64,000 nt of DNA from Acanthaster planci (lineage: Eukaryota), in NCBI RefSeq assembly GCF_001949145.1, contig NW_019091357.1, positions 4,054,228 through 4,118,227 on the forward strand, in the 5' to 3' direction. The translations under genes and the position numbers were made by a program. The notes beneath the pieces are model-generated. The model worked only from the letters and a program-made list of their open reading frames with translations. It had not been told where the DNA came from and made no database searches. Shown here piece after piece: positions 36,966-50,359 of the stretch; position 1 is the first letter of the stretch; the number at the start of each line of letters is the position of its first letter.

Positions 36966-38033
36966 TAATTTGGGAAGGTCAGGCACTTGAATGCATCACT
37001 AATTACCTCAGATGAGAAGGCAAAATCCCAGTCTTTCTTGCCAGTGTGACAAACTTTGGCATATAACATAATATATGTTGGCCTATTAAGCCTAACACAA
37101 AAGTCAATGAAAAACTTGGTTCATGTACATGTATACTAGTAACTTCTTTGTTAAGTTGTTGTCAGTTGCTGTGGAGATTAGTGGATTTTCAAAGACTCAG
37201 ACTTGAACTTAGACTTAAGACCTTCTGGACTCGGACTCGAAGTGACACAAATTCCGCTTTTTTTCAATAGAATTTTCCCTCAAGAAAGAGAGCAACCATT
37301 AAGCTTGAGGTACCCAGGCTAAAGCTGAGGTTTTTACACCAAAAATCACTGAGGGTTTCCTCATCATTCTTCCGTTTTCTTCCCAATGATTGTACCATAC
37401 TGTACATTTTGTGTGCATCACACAGAGCACATGCAGCGACAGCCAAGGCCCAGTATAGCTGAGCTAGTTTCGCATGTCATTTCGACTATTTTTGAAGGTG
37501 GCAGTGTTTAACCTGCCACAGCTAGCATAGTACTTGGCCTGATGGTATCACTCCAGTCACACAGCTCAGAGGCCACTCATGCGATAGTAACAAGATTCTG
37601 CCCTCTCTGGACAAACTGACCTTGCTAAATTGGCCATTGGCCCGCGCATGTGCACCGAGCCTGTGATGCACACAGATTGTTCAGTACAGTGTGATTGTTC
37701 GGAAGAAAACGGGAGAGATGTTAATAAACCTTCCAATATTTCAAAATAAGATTGGTCTTAAAGTCTAAAAACTGGTGTTAATTGCGCAGTTTTCAAGAGA
37801 ATTACACAGTTTTCAAGAGCTTTATATGTAGGTACCTTAACCCTAACACTCCTCAGTCCTCCAACAGGTGAAGGATTGAGGAGGGTTAGGGTTAAGCATG
37901 TTAAGGTTGTTCTGGCGTGAAAATTCGATAGAAAAAGTTGAATTTGTGTCACCAGTCATGATACCTCAAAGGCTGGATTAAAAAAACAGACAGCATTGCA
38001 ACCCTGTATAAACATGGCCGCAAGTCATATANC

Positions 38034-39159
38034 ATTAGTGACTTTAGAACATCCTGTAGGCATACCCCACAGTTCTAGGGGTGAACCTCCTAAACATGGC
38101 AAATATCTTTTTTCCATCGATCATGTTCTTATTCTCAGCCTGGGCCTGTCACCTAGCCCAGATTGGACGGTACTTTTGGTCTCTTCAGTTAGGGTTATGT
38201 GCATGTATGAGACCTGGGTGGGACCTTGAGAGGGCACAATTTTCCTGGCAACAAAGGCTCCTGTGGTGGGAACTGCATCACAGGAGACTATGAAGTACAC
38301 GCATCACGAGTGCGTCGCTACCAGTAAATGAACTCCCCCTACCAACATGCATGACATGGCTCTTTTCAACCATTGAGGGGGTGCTTGTATGACACTTATC
38401 CGGGCATGTCTTCCCACCTCTAAAACTGAACATCTCATCATTGTCTTCCTCACACTACATCATCCTGTAATTGCTATTAAATGTGCTGTTGGCTGATCAG
38501 ATAAATAGATAAATAAAATAGATGTAGATGCCGCTTGACACCCTTTGCCCAAATGGACGGTGGAGTTGAAGAAACCTTATGACAATGGTCTGAAAATGTT
38601 CAAGTGTTTTCTGAGTGAATACCAGCAACATTTTCACTGCTAAATTTTTGACCTTTTAGGACACTTTTTTATTGCTTTGAGATGGCTGGTTGTACCTATA
38701 CTAATAAAATAGGTCACTGTAGGGAATTATTAGTGGCATCAGTAATGGATTTCTTTCCGTACATGTAGGCCTACATCTCGACTAACATCGAGAATATCAA
38801 GTAATTGTGGCATTGCATCTTGACTGTTAATGGTCCTTCATGTGGTGCACTTGAAAAAATTGCCAAAAACCCTACATAAACATTTAAGAAGTTCTGTAAA
38901 CTTGATAATTTCTATTACTTTATTTCAATTTACATACACTTAAAAAGAAATGATTGTTACAAAATTATTTTTAATTTTTGGGCAGGTTTAGAATAAAAAT
39001 TTCACTGGAAAGTTTTAGTGGGTGAGTAAAATAGGGAGTTTTGAATTAGATTTTTGGGAGTTTGATGAAATTTCACTTACTTTGAAATTTGAGGTAAAAA
39101 TGTTGCTCTTGCAAGGCACTGGAGACAAAAAATCAAACTGCACTAAAGTTAGGGGGCGC
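38034..39159 (+). repeat. Segmental duplicate A, copy 1 (copy 2 at 41013-42119)
   Basis: Both copies begin ATTAGTGACTTTAGAACATCCTGTAGG one base after a single N (38032, 41011). High identity with several indels. Confidence 0.9.
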
Positions 39160-39248
39160 ACAGTTAGGGGACTTCAACAATAAATGAAGGATGTTGCTGT
39201 GACAAGAGTAAAAGCTGAAGGGATGCATTGTTTTTGTTTTTATTGCAG

Positions 39249-41010
39249 GAGGAAGTCATTAAGAGAAGATGATGGAGCAAGGAGTGACCAATGAGTGGGC
39301 AGCATCAGTGGAGAGCACAGAACCTGAGTAAGTTCCTTCCCAGCACCAGGTTATTCAATGAAAAACTGGATTGAGAAAGCGAACTTTATTCCTGCAAGTT
39401 TATTCATTTTCCCCGTACAATAACATGTGTCTTAATGCCAACCTTCCCAGATCCTTCAAAGTCCACCAGGAGATTTGTGGAAGATTGAGGAAGGTAGAAC
39501 CCAGCCCAGCCTCTTTGAATGCAAATGGGACTTGATGTGTCCGTAGAATTTTGGAGAATGTATCATTCTGGGAAGGATTTTTTAGGATTCGTAAAGGTTT
39601 CCATGAACCACCGTCTTTCTATGCTGTTCTTACGTCTTGCTGCTTAAATAATCATTACTTTGTTTACACTTTGTCAGCTCTGACAAGTTTGGCCTCACAG
39701 AAAATGATGAAGATGACTCTGATGTTAGCTGTAGCACAGACAGAGAAGGTAAGTTCATGTACTTTGTCTAAAGACTGTGTGTGAAAAGGCCCTAGATATC
39801 AGAAACAAAATGAACAATTCTATACAAAACTTTTGTACTGTGACTCTCTTGATCCGACAAATTTGACCCTTCAATGCAGCTTTCCACTAAGGAAGATACT
39901 GCTTACATTTACCACTGTTTTCACTGCTGAAGTTAACACCTAGAGTCAGTGATGACATCCGTATTTTATCTCCTTTTTGTTCCTCTCAAGAAGCGGGCTC
40001 AAAAGAGACTCAATTCTAATGATGACCCAAGTGACAGCCACTCTGACAGTGATGAGGAACAGGAACAGATGATGGAGAAACAGCAGGTACAAGAGCTGTC
40101 ACTTGTTAGTCATATTTGCCATCTGTGAAGAAATTAATTTTTGCAAGTAGATTTGGCCCTGGTACTTCCTAACGTCTTAACTCTAAAAGGGCTTGGTTAC
40201 ATTGGACCACCTTACAGCCCGCGGCAATCCCCCAAGAATTGGACTGTCCAATGCTGGATTTTTTTTACAGACTTAATATGCATGACTTTCCTTCTCAATA
40301 CAAACATTGAAGTTTCATCTTAATCTGTCATATGGTTTGACAGTCACTTGGAAGTTGGGAATGGCAGCGGAAAAGTATATATTCTTGGTTGACCTCTCTC
40401 AGAAAAAGGTGCTATGCGAGAATGGTATGTTGGATTTTCACAAAAATGGTGTCAGAATGACCAAAAAGAGTTATTTAAAAACCTCCAGAAGGCTTCTGGA
40501 AAATATTCACCATGATAATATTGGAAAATATGTTAAAGGGAGGTAGGTTCCCTCTCCTCTCTCCTCAGCTCTTTATGGTAAAATGCAGAGGTTCTTCAAG
40601 AAATTTCCGCCCACACAGCCAGAGTTTTCATAATTTTTCATATGTCACTGGCTGAAGATGGACCTTTTCCGAATCAGCCGGGTTAGGCTGACAGAATTAC
40701 ATAAGTCTGTGGCAAATGACTGGAGCCACTCACTTGTGGCTTTAATCATCTAGTCTAGCTCAGCCACACCTTTTGGAGACCGCCTTAAAACCCACAACTC
40801 TGCTGGGGACATGCTCAAACAAAAGTACATTTATTACAATGCATACTGACATAACTGCTCCCTTTTTGTCAGGTGTTGAAGGTGATAGCAGCGTGGTTAG
40901 TCCCTTGCCTGTGGGCTCATCTTCTGGCATCACTGGCCTGATAGAGTAAGGCGATAGCAGCGTGGTTGGTACCCTGCCTGTGGACTCATCTCCTGGCATC
41001 ACTGCCCTGA
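39249..41010 (+). pseudogene. Chain of exon-like segments encoding acidic/Ser-rich low-complexity peptide, apparently disrupted
   Basis: AG/GT-bounded segments 39249-39327, 39678-39748 (SDKFGLTENDEDDSDVSCSTDRE), 39991-40086 (KRAQKRLNSNDDPSDSHSDSDEEQE) and 40873 onward (69-bp repeat GDSSVV.PLPV.SS.GIT.L with an in-frame TAA). Phases do not all join. Confidence 0.35.
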
Positions 41011-41012
41011 NG

Positions 41013-42119
41013 ATTAGTGACTTTAGAACATCCTGTAGGCATACCCCACAGTTCTAGGGGTGAACCTCCTAAACATGGCAAATATCTTTTTTCCATCGAT
41101 CATGTTCTTATTCTCAGCCTGGGCCTGTCACCTAGCCCAGATTGGACGGTACTTTTGGTATCTTCAGTTAGGGTTATATACGTGTATGAGACCTGGGTGG
41201 GACCACGAGAGGGCACAGTTTTCCTGGCAACAACGGCTCCTTTGGTGGGAACTGCATCACAGGAGACTATGAAGTACACGCATCACGAGTGCGTCGCTAC
41301 CAGTAAATGAACTCCCCCTACCAACATGCATGACATCGCTCTTTTCAACCATTGAGGGGGTGCTTGTATGACACTTATCCGGGCATGTCTTCCCACCTCT
41401 AAAACTGAACATCTCATCATTTTCTTCCTCACACAACATCATCCTGTAATTGCTATTAAATGTGCTGTTGGCTGATCAGATAAATAGATAAATAAAATAG
41501 ATGTAGATGTAATATGGGTGCAGCTTGACACCCTTTGCCCAAATGGACCGTGGAGTTGAAGAAACCTTATGACAATGGTCTGAAAATGTTCAAGTGTTTT
41601 CTGAGTGAATACCAGTAACATTTTCACTGCTAAATTTTTGACCTTTTAGGACACTGTTTTATTGCTTTGAGATGGCTGGTGGTACCTACCGGTACATGTA
41701 TACTAATAATGTTACATGTAGGTCACTGAAGGAAATATCAGTGGCATCAGTAATGGATTTCTTCCCGTACGTGTAGGCCTACATCTCGACTAACATCGAG
41801 AATATCAAGTAATTGTGGCATTGCATCTTGTCTGTTAATGTTCCCTCAAGTTCTGTAAACTTGGTAATTTCTATTACTGTATTTCAATTTACATACGCTT
41901 AAAAAGATATGTTTGTTTGAAAATTATTTTTAATTTTTGGGCAGGGTTAGAATAGAAATTTCACTGGGAAGTTTTAGTGGGTGAGTAAAATAGGGAGTTT
42001 TGAATTAGATTTGTGGGACTTTGATGAAATTTCACTTACTTTGAAATTTAAGGTAAAAATGTTGCTCCTGCAAGGCACTGGAGGCAAAAAATCAAACTGT
42101 ACCAAAGTTACGGGGCGCG
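41013..42119 (+). repeat. Segmental duplicate A, copy 2
   Basis: Matches 38034-39159 and runs into the N gap at 42120. Confidence 0.9.
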
Positions 42120-42872
42120 NNNNNNNNNNNNNNNNNNNNNNNNNNNNNNNNNNNNNNNNNNNNNNNNNNNNNNNNNNNNNNNNNNNNNNNNNNNNNNNNN
42201 NNNNNNNNNNNNNNNNNNNNNNNNNNNNNNNNNNNNNNNNNNNNNNNNNNNNNNNNNNNNNNNNNNNNNNNNNNNNNNNNNNNNNNNNNNNNNNNNNNNN
42301 NNNNNNNNNNNNNNNNNNNNNNNNNNNNNNNNNNNNNNNNNNNNNNNNNNNNNNNNNNNNNNNNNNNNNNNNNNNNNNNNNNNNNNNNNNNNNNNNNNNN
42401 NNNNNNNNNNNNNNNNNNNNNNNNNNNNNNNNNNNNNNNNNNNNNNNNNNNNNNNNNNNNNNNNNNNNNNNNNNNNNNNNNNNNNNNNNNNNNNNNNNNN
42501 NNNNNNNNNNNNNNNNNNNNNNNNNNNNNNNNNNNNNNNNNNNNNNNNNNNNNNNNNNNNNNNNNNNNNNNNNNNNNNNNNNNNNNNNNNNNNNNNNNNN
42601 NNNNNNNNNNNNNNNNNNNNNNNNNNNNNNNNNNNNNNNNNNNNNNNNNNNNNNNNNNNNNNNNNNNNNNNNNNNNNNNNNNNNNNNNNNNNNNNNNNNN
42701 NNNNNNNNNNNNNNNNNNNNNNNNNNNNNNNNNNNNNNNNNNNNNNNNNNNNNNNNNNNNNNNNNNNNNNNNNNNNNNNNNNNNNNNNNNNNNNNNNNNN
42801 NNNNNNNNNNNNNNNNNNNNNNNNNNNNNNNNNNNNNNNNNNNNNNNNNNNNNNNNNNNNNNNNNNNNNNNN
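42120..42872. other. Assembly gap (N run)
   Basis: Run of N. Confidence 1.
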
Positions 42873-43279
42873 TGCCCCATATTCTGAGAAAACTATTGTA
42901 GGACTTAAGATTGCAGATCAAAAGTTGCTGAGTTGTGTTTTAAATTGTGCCTGAATTCAGCATTTGGGAAACATTCTCATATTCAGTTGAATGCAGCTAC
43001 ACCTTGTCACCCCCCTGAACTGATGAATTATAGAAACTGCCAGTGTCTGTGCATCTTGTTAACACTTACACGTATTTCTAATAGTGACTTTCCAAAACTT
43101 TGAAAAGGCGCCTGCTTGAAGTCATTGTTTCTTCATGATGACCATTTGCCAGAAAGAACAGTTTCTCACAGAATTTAGTCCTCTATCCAAACCAAGTATG
43201 CTTTTCAACAATTTGGAATGCCTTTTGGATAACTGCAAATGATGGACTGTACAGTACTTTTAACCCATTTGTCCTTGTA

Positions 43280-43562
43280 CAGGGTTCCCACAGTCATTGA
43301 AAATCTTGGGAAAAAGTTGTCCCGGAAAGTCATGGAAAACTTGTGGAAAATTGGTCTGAGGAAAGGTTATGGAAATCGAGATCGTGCAAGGGTGATTTTG
43401 ATGATGGTTATGGATAGTGGCTATGGCAGTCTTCCCGTTTATTATACCAAACAAATTTTCTGTGCAGAGTGGCATGATATGCCATGAAAATTGTCGTATC
43501 TTAGTTCTGGAAAGTGCAGGAAAGGTCACTGAATTTGATTTTCAGATATCATGGGAACCTTG
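43280..43562. mobile_element. MITE, CAGGGTTCCCAC terminal repeat family
   Basis: CAGGGTTCCCAC ... ATGGGAACCTTG, with CTTGTA on both flanks. Second copy at ~27564. Confidence 0.7.
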
Positions 43563-43573
43563 CTTGTAACAAT

Positions 43574-43860
43574 CAGGGCCCAATTTCTCGGCACTGCTTA
43601 GCACACGATTTCAGGTTACAGAGGCTCGGTGTATTTCATGCGTACTGTAAATAGTAAGTACAGCCAAATGCATCCTAACCTTGAAGGAAAGATTTACTTA
43701 AACTTAGTGATGTAACAACAGAAATCTCTATCCGCACGCAGCCGTTAGCACAACCACCCCGAGCACCACCATGAAATAGTGCTCAAGGTTAGCACATTTT
43801 TCTGCTAAAGTTAGCACGATATTTCATCTGTGTTAAGAAGCCCTATGAAATTGGGCCCTG
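43574..43860. mobile_element. MITE with CAGGGCCCAATTTC terminal inverted repeats
   Basis: Perfect 14-bp TIR CAGGGCCCAATTTC ... GAAATTGGGCCCTG. A decayed relative may lie at ~29874-29980. Confidence 0.8.
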
Positions 43861-44328
43861 ACCCCACCCAGCCTGTTACACCCTGCACTCCCCAGCACCG
43901 TATGGTTTTATGGATTTAACGGCAACCCACAGTAAGAGTTTTTGGTGGTGATGGGCGGATGTTTTGCCCATTTGGGGAAAAATATTATTACAGTGTGACT
44001 GAAAAACCTTTGATGACCTTTTTTTTTTGTCATTTTTCCCTGGTTTAGATTTGGGAAGGCCTCATTGCCAGGTGAATCTACTGCCATGGCTGCCTACACC
44101 AACATTGAGGCTGGCTAGTGTCATGGTGAAAGTGGACTGACTGATGAAATCTCCAAAGTGAAGAGGCAGGTTACGTCATAAGTAGCACAGGTAAGAGTCC
44201 TGTGTTTCATATCATTGCTGGCTTTCTGCAAGGATGAATCCAGGAAAGGGGGGAGGGGCCAATTGGAGTCATGACCTAAAAAGGAGCAAAAATTGTTTTC
44301 ATTTGAAAACATGAAAGGATCTTTTTGG

Positions 44329-44525
44329 TATAGGCAAAATATATATAATTAGTGCTCAGGGTTATGTAATTGCCAAACTTCCGGTAACTGGGTACCTCCG
44401 TCAGGGCAAGCAGATTCAGTTTACAACTGAATCAGAACTGAATCTGCAGTACCCAGTTACTGAAAGCTCGGCACTTACGTAACTCTGAGCACTAATTATA
44501 TACATGTATTATATTTTTGTCTATA
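44329..44525. repeat. ~200-bp imperfect palindrome (hairpin / MITE-like)
   Basis: TATAGGCAAAATATATATAATTAGTGCTCAGGGTTATGTAA...GTAACTGGGTAC pairs with GTACCCAGTTAC...TTACGTAACTCTGAGCACTAATTATATA...TTTTTGTCTATA. Confidence 0.8.
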
Positions 44526-45354
44526 TTCTGATCACGGTGCTACGCAGCCCTTTCGTATGACCCTGACCTAGGGATGGTTGTGTGCAATGTATCAACCAAG
44601 CAAGATGATAGGGATGAGGTTAAACCCTTGTAACCAGGGCAAGCTAGTTCAATGCACCCACTGTACTGAAATTGTTCACATTTTCCTGGTCTAAAGTTCC
44701 TTTTCCTTCATGGTTTGTGGGGATGGGGATTTGTTCAGGCTTTTTGAAGGTGTGCAATGAATATGGACAAAAATTTAAGTGTTCAGAGATCTCGTTTAAA
44801 GAAGGATCTACCTTATTTTTGACAAATATTGAACCAAAACACAAAAGGGAACCATGTTGTAACCTTACAATATGTTTCAGTCACCATCCAAAATTTCTGA
44901 TTTGTATCCAACTCAACAGACTTACGCACACTGTTGAAATATTTCTGCCCACACTTTCAGGATCAATCGTTGATTTCTGTAGGAGCTGTTGGTATTTAGA
45001 TATTTTAGGTTAGTGGTATTCCCTGATTGATGTTACAGTATTACTGTAAAACAGCGCCCTCACTCGTTAAGAAAAGGGAAAGACAATTTTAAATGTTTAA
45101 AAATGTCAATTTTTGATTCACTAAACCGTAAAGGGGTGTCTGGAAAAATATTTTTAATTAACAAAGAGTACAAGTCACAAATGGTTTCAGAAGTAATGGG
45201 TCAGCAGTGTCAAAGGAATCCTCTTGTCATAGTTCATTTTCTGACATGAAACTGGATGAAAAGCAATAGACAATAACAGTTTTTTACGAAACAAAAGGTG
45301 TGAAAATAAGGAGCGTACAAGGATCCTATAATTTTTGAAGAAATGTCTCAATTT

Positions 45355-48259
45355 CTGCTGCAACTTAGTTCCTTTTGTGACTGATTTTGTCCCCAGACCT
45401 CCTCATAATGAAAGCTGTGGGTATGCCCCAGGGGAAGCTGACCACGATGCTGATGAGAAGAGTGCCCTCGCCTCCGTCAACCTGGAGAGAAGGAAGGAGG
45501 ACAAGATCCCATGGACTTCACAGAAATGATTCATGAGATTGTCAAGGAGAGGAAGTAACTCAGATAGATGCCAGTCCTCACTCGGTCACTGAGGAGGAAC
45601 AGTTTCCAAGATTGCATGAGGGATCCTCATCAGAATCTTAGGCATTGATTCACAAAAAGGCAAGGAAAGGACTAAGTCTTCTCAGAGATGCAGTTCCTTG
45701 CTTCCACCTTTGTGATGGAGCAAGATTTATCTGCATTTGTACCTGTACACTACTCAAAGGATCAAAGGATCGTACATAGTGATTAATAATTTAACTAAAT
45801 GGTATTCACATGGCAAAAAATGAGCATCATTTAATGTGGCTATTTTCTGGCATCAAAACAAGAAACTTCCACAACAGAGTACTGAAGTCTCACGACGCTG
45901 AAAAAAAAACTTTGGTCAGCACCTTGTCCAGGTCCTTTACGGCCCTGAAAATGATGTTAAAAATTGAGTTCTAACCACGTAATGTGAGGGTGCCATTTAT
46001 GAGTTGGAATGATAGCACGGTAATATGAGGGCACTGTTTACGAGTTAGAATGATGTGATAATGTGAGGGCACTATTTGTGATTCTGAATCACAGAAATGA
46101 AGCACTTTGAAGATGCATGTACAAGTATCTCAGCGTGAAAAAATTACATGTAACTGTGGAGACCCTTTTATTCAGTAAAATAATGCAATGTCTGACATGT
46201 ATCTGTTTGCAAATCTTCCCCCAAATCACACATTTTTATAATTGTCTGTAAAAATGATGATTTATACCAAAAAAAATCAAATTTATGGTTGTCAGGGCAT
46301 TAAAAACAAAATGGTGTCACAGTTTTCCAAAACCTAAACACAAAATGGTAAAAGGTCCAATATTTCAGTCACTTTTTCTCAAAATGTCTTAAAGTGAGAC
46401 ACATACGTGTACATCATTGTACGATAGGGTTGTATAGTACTGGCCAGTCTCATTCATGTCATTGTAACCCCCCCCCCAGCTCTCTGAGACACTCCCAGTC
46501 TCTTACCCCCTTGCCTCAGAGTCATTCCATGAGCAAAGGGAGTGAAACGTGACCATTTTGAAGTTGTGCAATACCTAAGCAATACACATCACCCAATGCT
46601 TTTTTACCCTTCCAGCTAATTGGGCTCTGAAACATGACTAAGCCATTGCATTGTCTCGCATTCTATGGTGCTCAGCCAAGCATGAACATGAGCTTCAGTG
46701 TACAATAAGCGAAGTCAATGAGGTACACACAAGGCTGAAATTTTCAAAGACAAATGTCTGATCCTTTAATTTTTTGAGAAGTGTATATTGGTNCTGCTGC
46801 AACTTAGTTCCTTTTGTGATTAATTTCTTCCCCAGACCTCCTCATATGAAAGGTGTGGGTATGCCCCAGGAGAAGCCGACCATGATGCTGATGAGAAGAG
46901 CGCCCTCGCCTCCGTCAACCTGGAGAGGAGGGAGGAGGACAAGATCCCATGGACTACACAGAGATGATTCATGAGATTGTCAAGGAGAGGAAGTAACTCA
47001 GATAGATGCCAGATCTCACCTCAGTCACTGAGGAGGAACAGTTTCCAAGATTGCATGAGGGATCCTCATCAGAATCTTAGGCATTGATTCACAAAAAGGC
47101 AAGGAAAGGACTAAGTCTTCTCAGAGATGCAGTTCCTTGCTTCCACCTTTGTGATGGAGCAAGATCTATCTGCATTTGTACCTGTACACTACTCAAAGGA
47201 TCAAAGGATCGTACATAGTGATTAATAATTTAACTAAATGGTATTCACATGGCAAAAATGAGCATCATTTAATGTGGCTATTTTCTGGCATCAAAACAAG
47301 AAACTTCCACAACAGAGTACTGAAGTCTCACGACGCTGAAAAAAAAACTTTGGTCAGCACCTTGTCCAGGTCCTTTATGGCCCTGAAAATGATGTTAAAA
47401 ATTGAGTTTTAACCACGTAATGTGAGGGTGCCATTTATGAGTTGGAATGATAGCACGGTAATATGAGGGCACTGTTTACGAGTTAGAATGATGTGATAAT
47501 GTGAGGGGGCTATTTTATATTCTGGTAATGTGAGGGCACTATTTGTGATTCTGAATCACAGAAATGAAGCACTTTGAAGATGCATGTACAAGTATCTCAG
47601 CGTGAAAAAATTACATGTAACTGTGGAGACCCTTTTATTCAGTAAAATAATGCAATGTCTGACATGTATCTGTTTGCAAATCTTCCCCCAAATCACATAT
47701 TTTTATAATTATCTGTAAAAATGATGATTTATAAAAAAAAATCAAATTTATGGTTGTCAGGGCATTAAAAACAAAATGGCTTCACAGTTTTCCAAAACCT
47801 AAACACAAAATGGTAAAAGGTCCAATATTTCAGTCACTTTTTCTCAAAATGTCTTAAAGTGAGACACATACGTGTACACTATTGTACAACGATAGGGTTG
47901 TATGGTACTGGCCAGCTCATTCATGTCATTGTAACCCCCCCCCCAGCTCTCTGAGACACTCCCAGTCTCTCACCCCCTTGCCTCAGAGTCATTCCATGTG
48001 CAAAGAGAATGAAAGGTGGCCATTTTGAAGTTGTGCAATACATAAGCAATACACATCACCCAATGCTTTTTTACCTTTCCAGCTAATTGGGCTCTGAAAC
48101 ACGACTAAGCCGTTGCATTGTCTCGCATTCTATGGTGCTCAGCCAAGCATGAACATGAGCTTCAGTGTACAATAAGCGAAGTCAATGAGGTACACACCTG
48201 GCTGAAATTTTCAAAGACAAATGTCTGATCCTTTAATTTTTTGAGTAGTGTATATTGGT
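45355..48259 (+). repeat. Tandem duplicate B: 45355-46792 and 46794-48259
   Basis: Two ~1.45-kb near-identical copies joined at a single N (46793). Each has an acceptor-led exon-like stretch near its start and a short ~41-bp tandem repeat. Confidence 0.9.
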
Positions 48260-49184
48260 ATACAGTACAATGCTGCTATAATGAACAGGGCAGGGTCCAT
48301 ACACAATGCTTGGTGTTGCATACCTCCCCAACTATTGCGATTTCATTGGTACTGTTCCAATTGTCGCATTTTCATAGGCCTAAAAATCAAAATGTTCTTA
48401 TTTTCCCCCAAAAAAGGGGAAAGGTCCTGGCAAAAGAGGGCGCTATTTGCCAACACGGAGAAGGTGCCATTTCCAGAAAAAAAGAGGGTGCCATTTCCTA
48501 CGTTGAAATGTCAGTTGTTTTACATCAAATGTATTCCTGTTCATGTAAAACAGATTCTCTTGTGCGGCTGCTTGTTTTGCTATGGTCTCATAACATGGCC
48601 GCTCCAATTTTGAAGTTTGTTGACATCTCAACTTTTGAGTCACTGTTATCAGTGATAATTTTTTTTTCTTTAATCTAAAGCAAATTTGTGCGCAGAAAAT
48701 TTGGGAGCCAAGAGGCCTTTTTTCGTTGGCCGAATTGTTCAGTATAATGACGTTGTACTGTACTTACATCCAAATTATTCATGACTTAAGAGGTACTCCG
48801 TAAATTGAATAGACAATTGGTCAGTTCGCTTTTGTAGAAAGACTGTTGTTAGCCTTTAATTTGTTCCTTTTCATCGTAACGCATTGACTCATATTCATGC
48901 ACATTTGAAAACGTTCATGCTTACATTTATCAAGTGCTATACATGTACTTCAATATTTGCAAATAATTACCATTTGGAAAGACTCTAGACACTTTGATAC
49001 TACTTCTTTTGAGGACTAAAAGCTTGTAACTATTGCATGCTTTTAAAATTTGAATAATGTTCCCATTCAGGCAGCCCAAATACCAGCACTGTTCAGTCAA
49101 CCCAGTGGTTGTCCTGAACCTCACTTTTAACAAGTTCGCCTCCCAAACAGAGATATTGACAAATGGGAACCACCACCGCCATAG

Positions 49185-49257
49185 GGCTGGATAGCTCAGT
49201 GGGTAGAGCACTGGTATGGCGTTCCCGAGGTCGCAGGTTCAAATCCCACTCCAGTCA
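49185..49257 (+). pseudogene. tRNA-like sequence (tRNA pseudogene or tRNA-derived SINE head)
   Basis: GGCTGGA-TA-GCTC-AGTGGGTA-GAGC-A-CTGGT-ATGGCGT-TCCCG-AGGTC-GCAGG-TTCAAAT-CCCAC-TCCAGTC-A followed by a T-run. Acceptor stem, D stem and A/B boxes are intact, but the anticodon and T stems each have two mismatches. Confidence 0.7.
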
Positions 49258-49774
49258 ATTTTTTTTTCATCTTTACAAGTTTTTTCTTGGGCAAAATTCT
49301 ATGTGCATTTTGTTTTTTCCAAGTCGTACATTCACATTGCCAGAGCATTAGAAAAAAGTCTCTCACTTAAAATTATCACAAAACTGCAAATTATTGGCTC
49401 AGTGCTGAGAGGTCATTACTGCAAACATTTTATTTTTGAAAACACTTTAAGGGCCTTACTCTGTGCACGAAAGAAATGTTTGATTTAAACAGTGTTTTTA
49501 TTTTTTTAGTCATAAAACTAGTTTTTTTGTGGCCTACATGCCACAAATTTTTTTTTTAATTTTAACCAATTCTGTTTCCCAAATTAATGTCTAAAACAAT
49601 GTTTTTCACCAAACACCTTTTAGTGCATTCTAAGGACCTTTTAGCACTGACATGAAATTTGTTTCATTTGAAAATATTACCTTGCAAAACGCTTTGTGTG
49701 TATGTAAAACAATCACCATTTAGTGCTACAACCAGCTAATTTCTATTTGCAAGTGAAATAAATGCTCATTTATT

Positions 49775-50348
49775 NNNNNNNNNNNNNNNNNNNNNNNNNN
49801 NNNNNNNNNNNNNNNNNNNNNNNNNNNNNNNNNNNNNNNNNNNNNNNNNNNNNNNNNNNNNNNNNNNNNNNNNNNNNNNNNNNNNNNNNNNNNNNNNNNN
49901 NNNNNNNNNNNNNNNNNNNNNNNNNNNNNNNNNNNNNNNNNNNNNNNNNNNNNNNNNNNNNNNNNNNNNNNNNNNNNNNNNNNNNNNNNNNNNNNNNNNN
50001 NNNNNNNNNNNNNNNNNNNNNNNNNNNNNNNNNNNNNNNNNNNNNNNNNNNNNNNNNNNNNNNNNNNNNNNNNNNNNNNNNNNNNNNNNNNNNNNNNNNN
50101 NNNNNNNNNNNNNNNNNNNNNNNNNNNNNNNNNNNNNNNNNNNNNNNNNNNNNNNNNNNNNNNNNNNNNNNNNNNNNNNNNNNNNNNNNNNNNNNNNNNN
50201 NNNNNNNNNNNNNNNNNNNNNNNNNNNNNNNNNNNNNNNNNNNNNNNNNNNNNNNNNNNNNNNNNNNNNNNNNNNNNNNNNNNNNNNNNNNNNNNNNNNN
50301 NNNNNNNNNNNNNNNNNNNNNNNNNNNNNNNNNNNNNNNNNNNNNNNN
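49775..50348. other. Assembly gap (N run)
   Basis: Run of N. Confidence 1.
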
Positions 50349-50359
50349 CTTCCTTTTCC

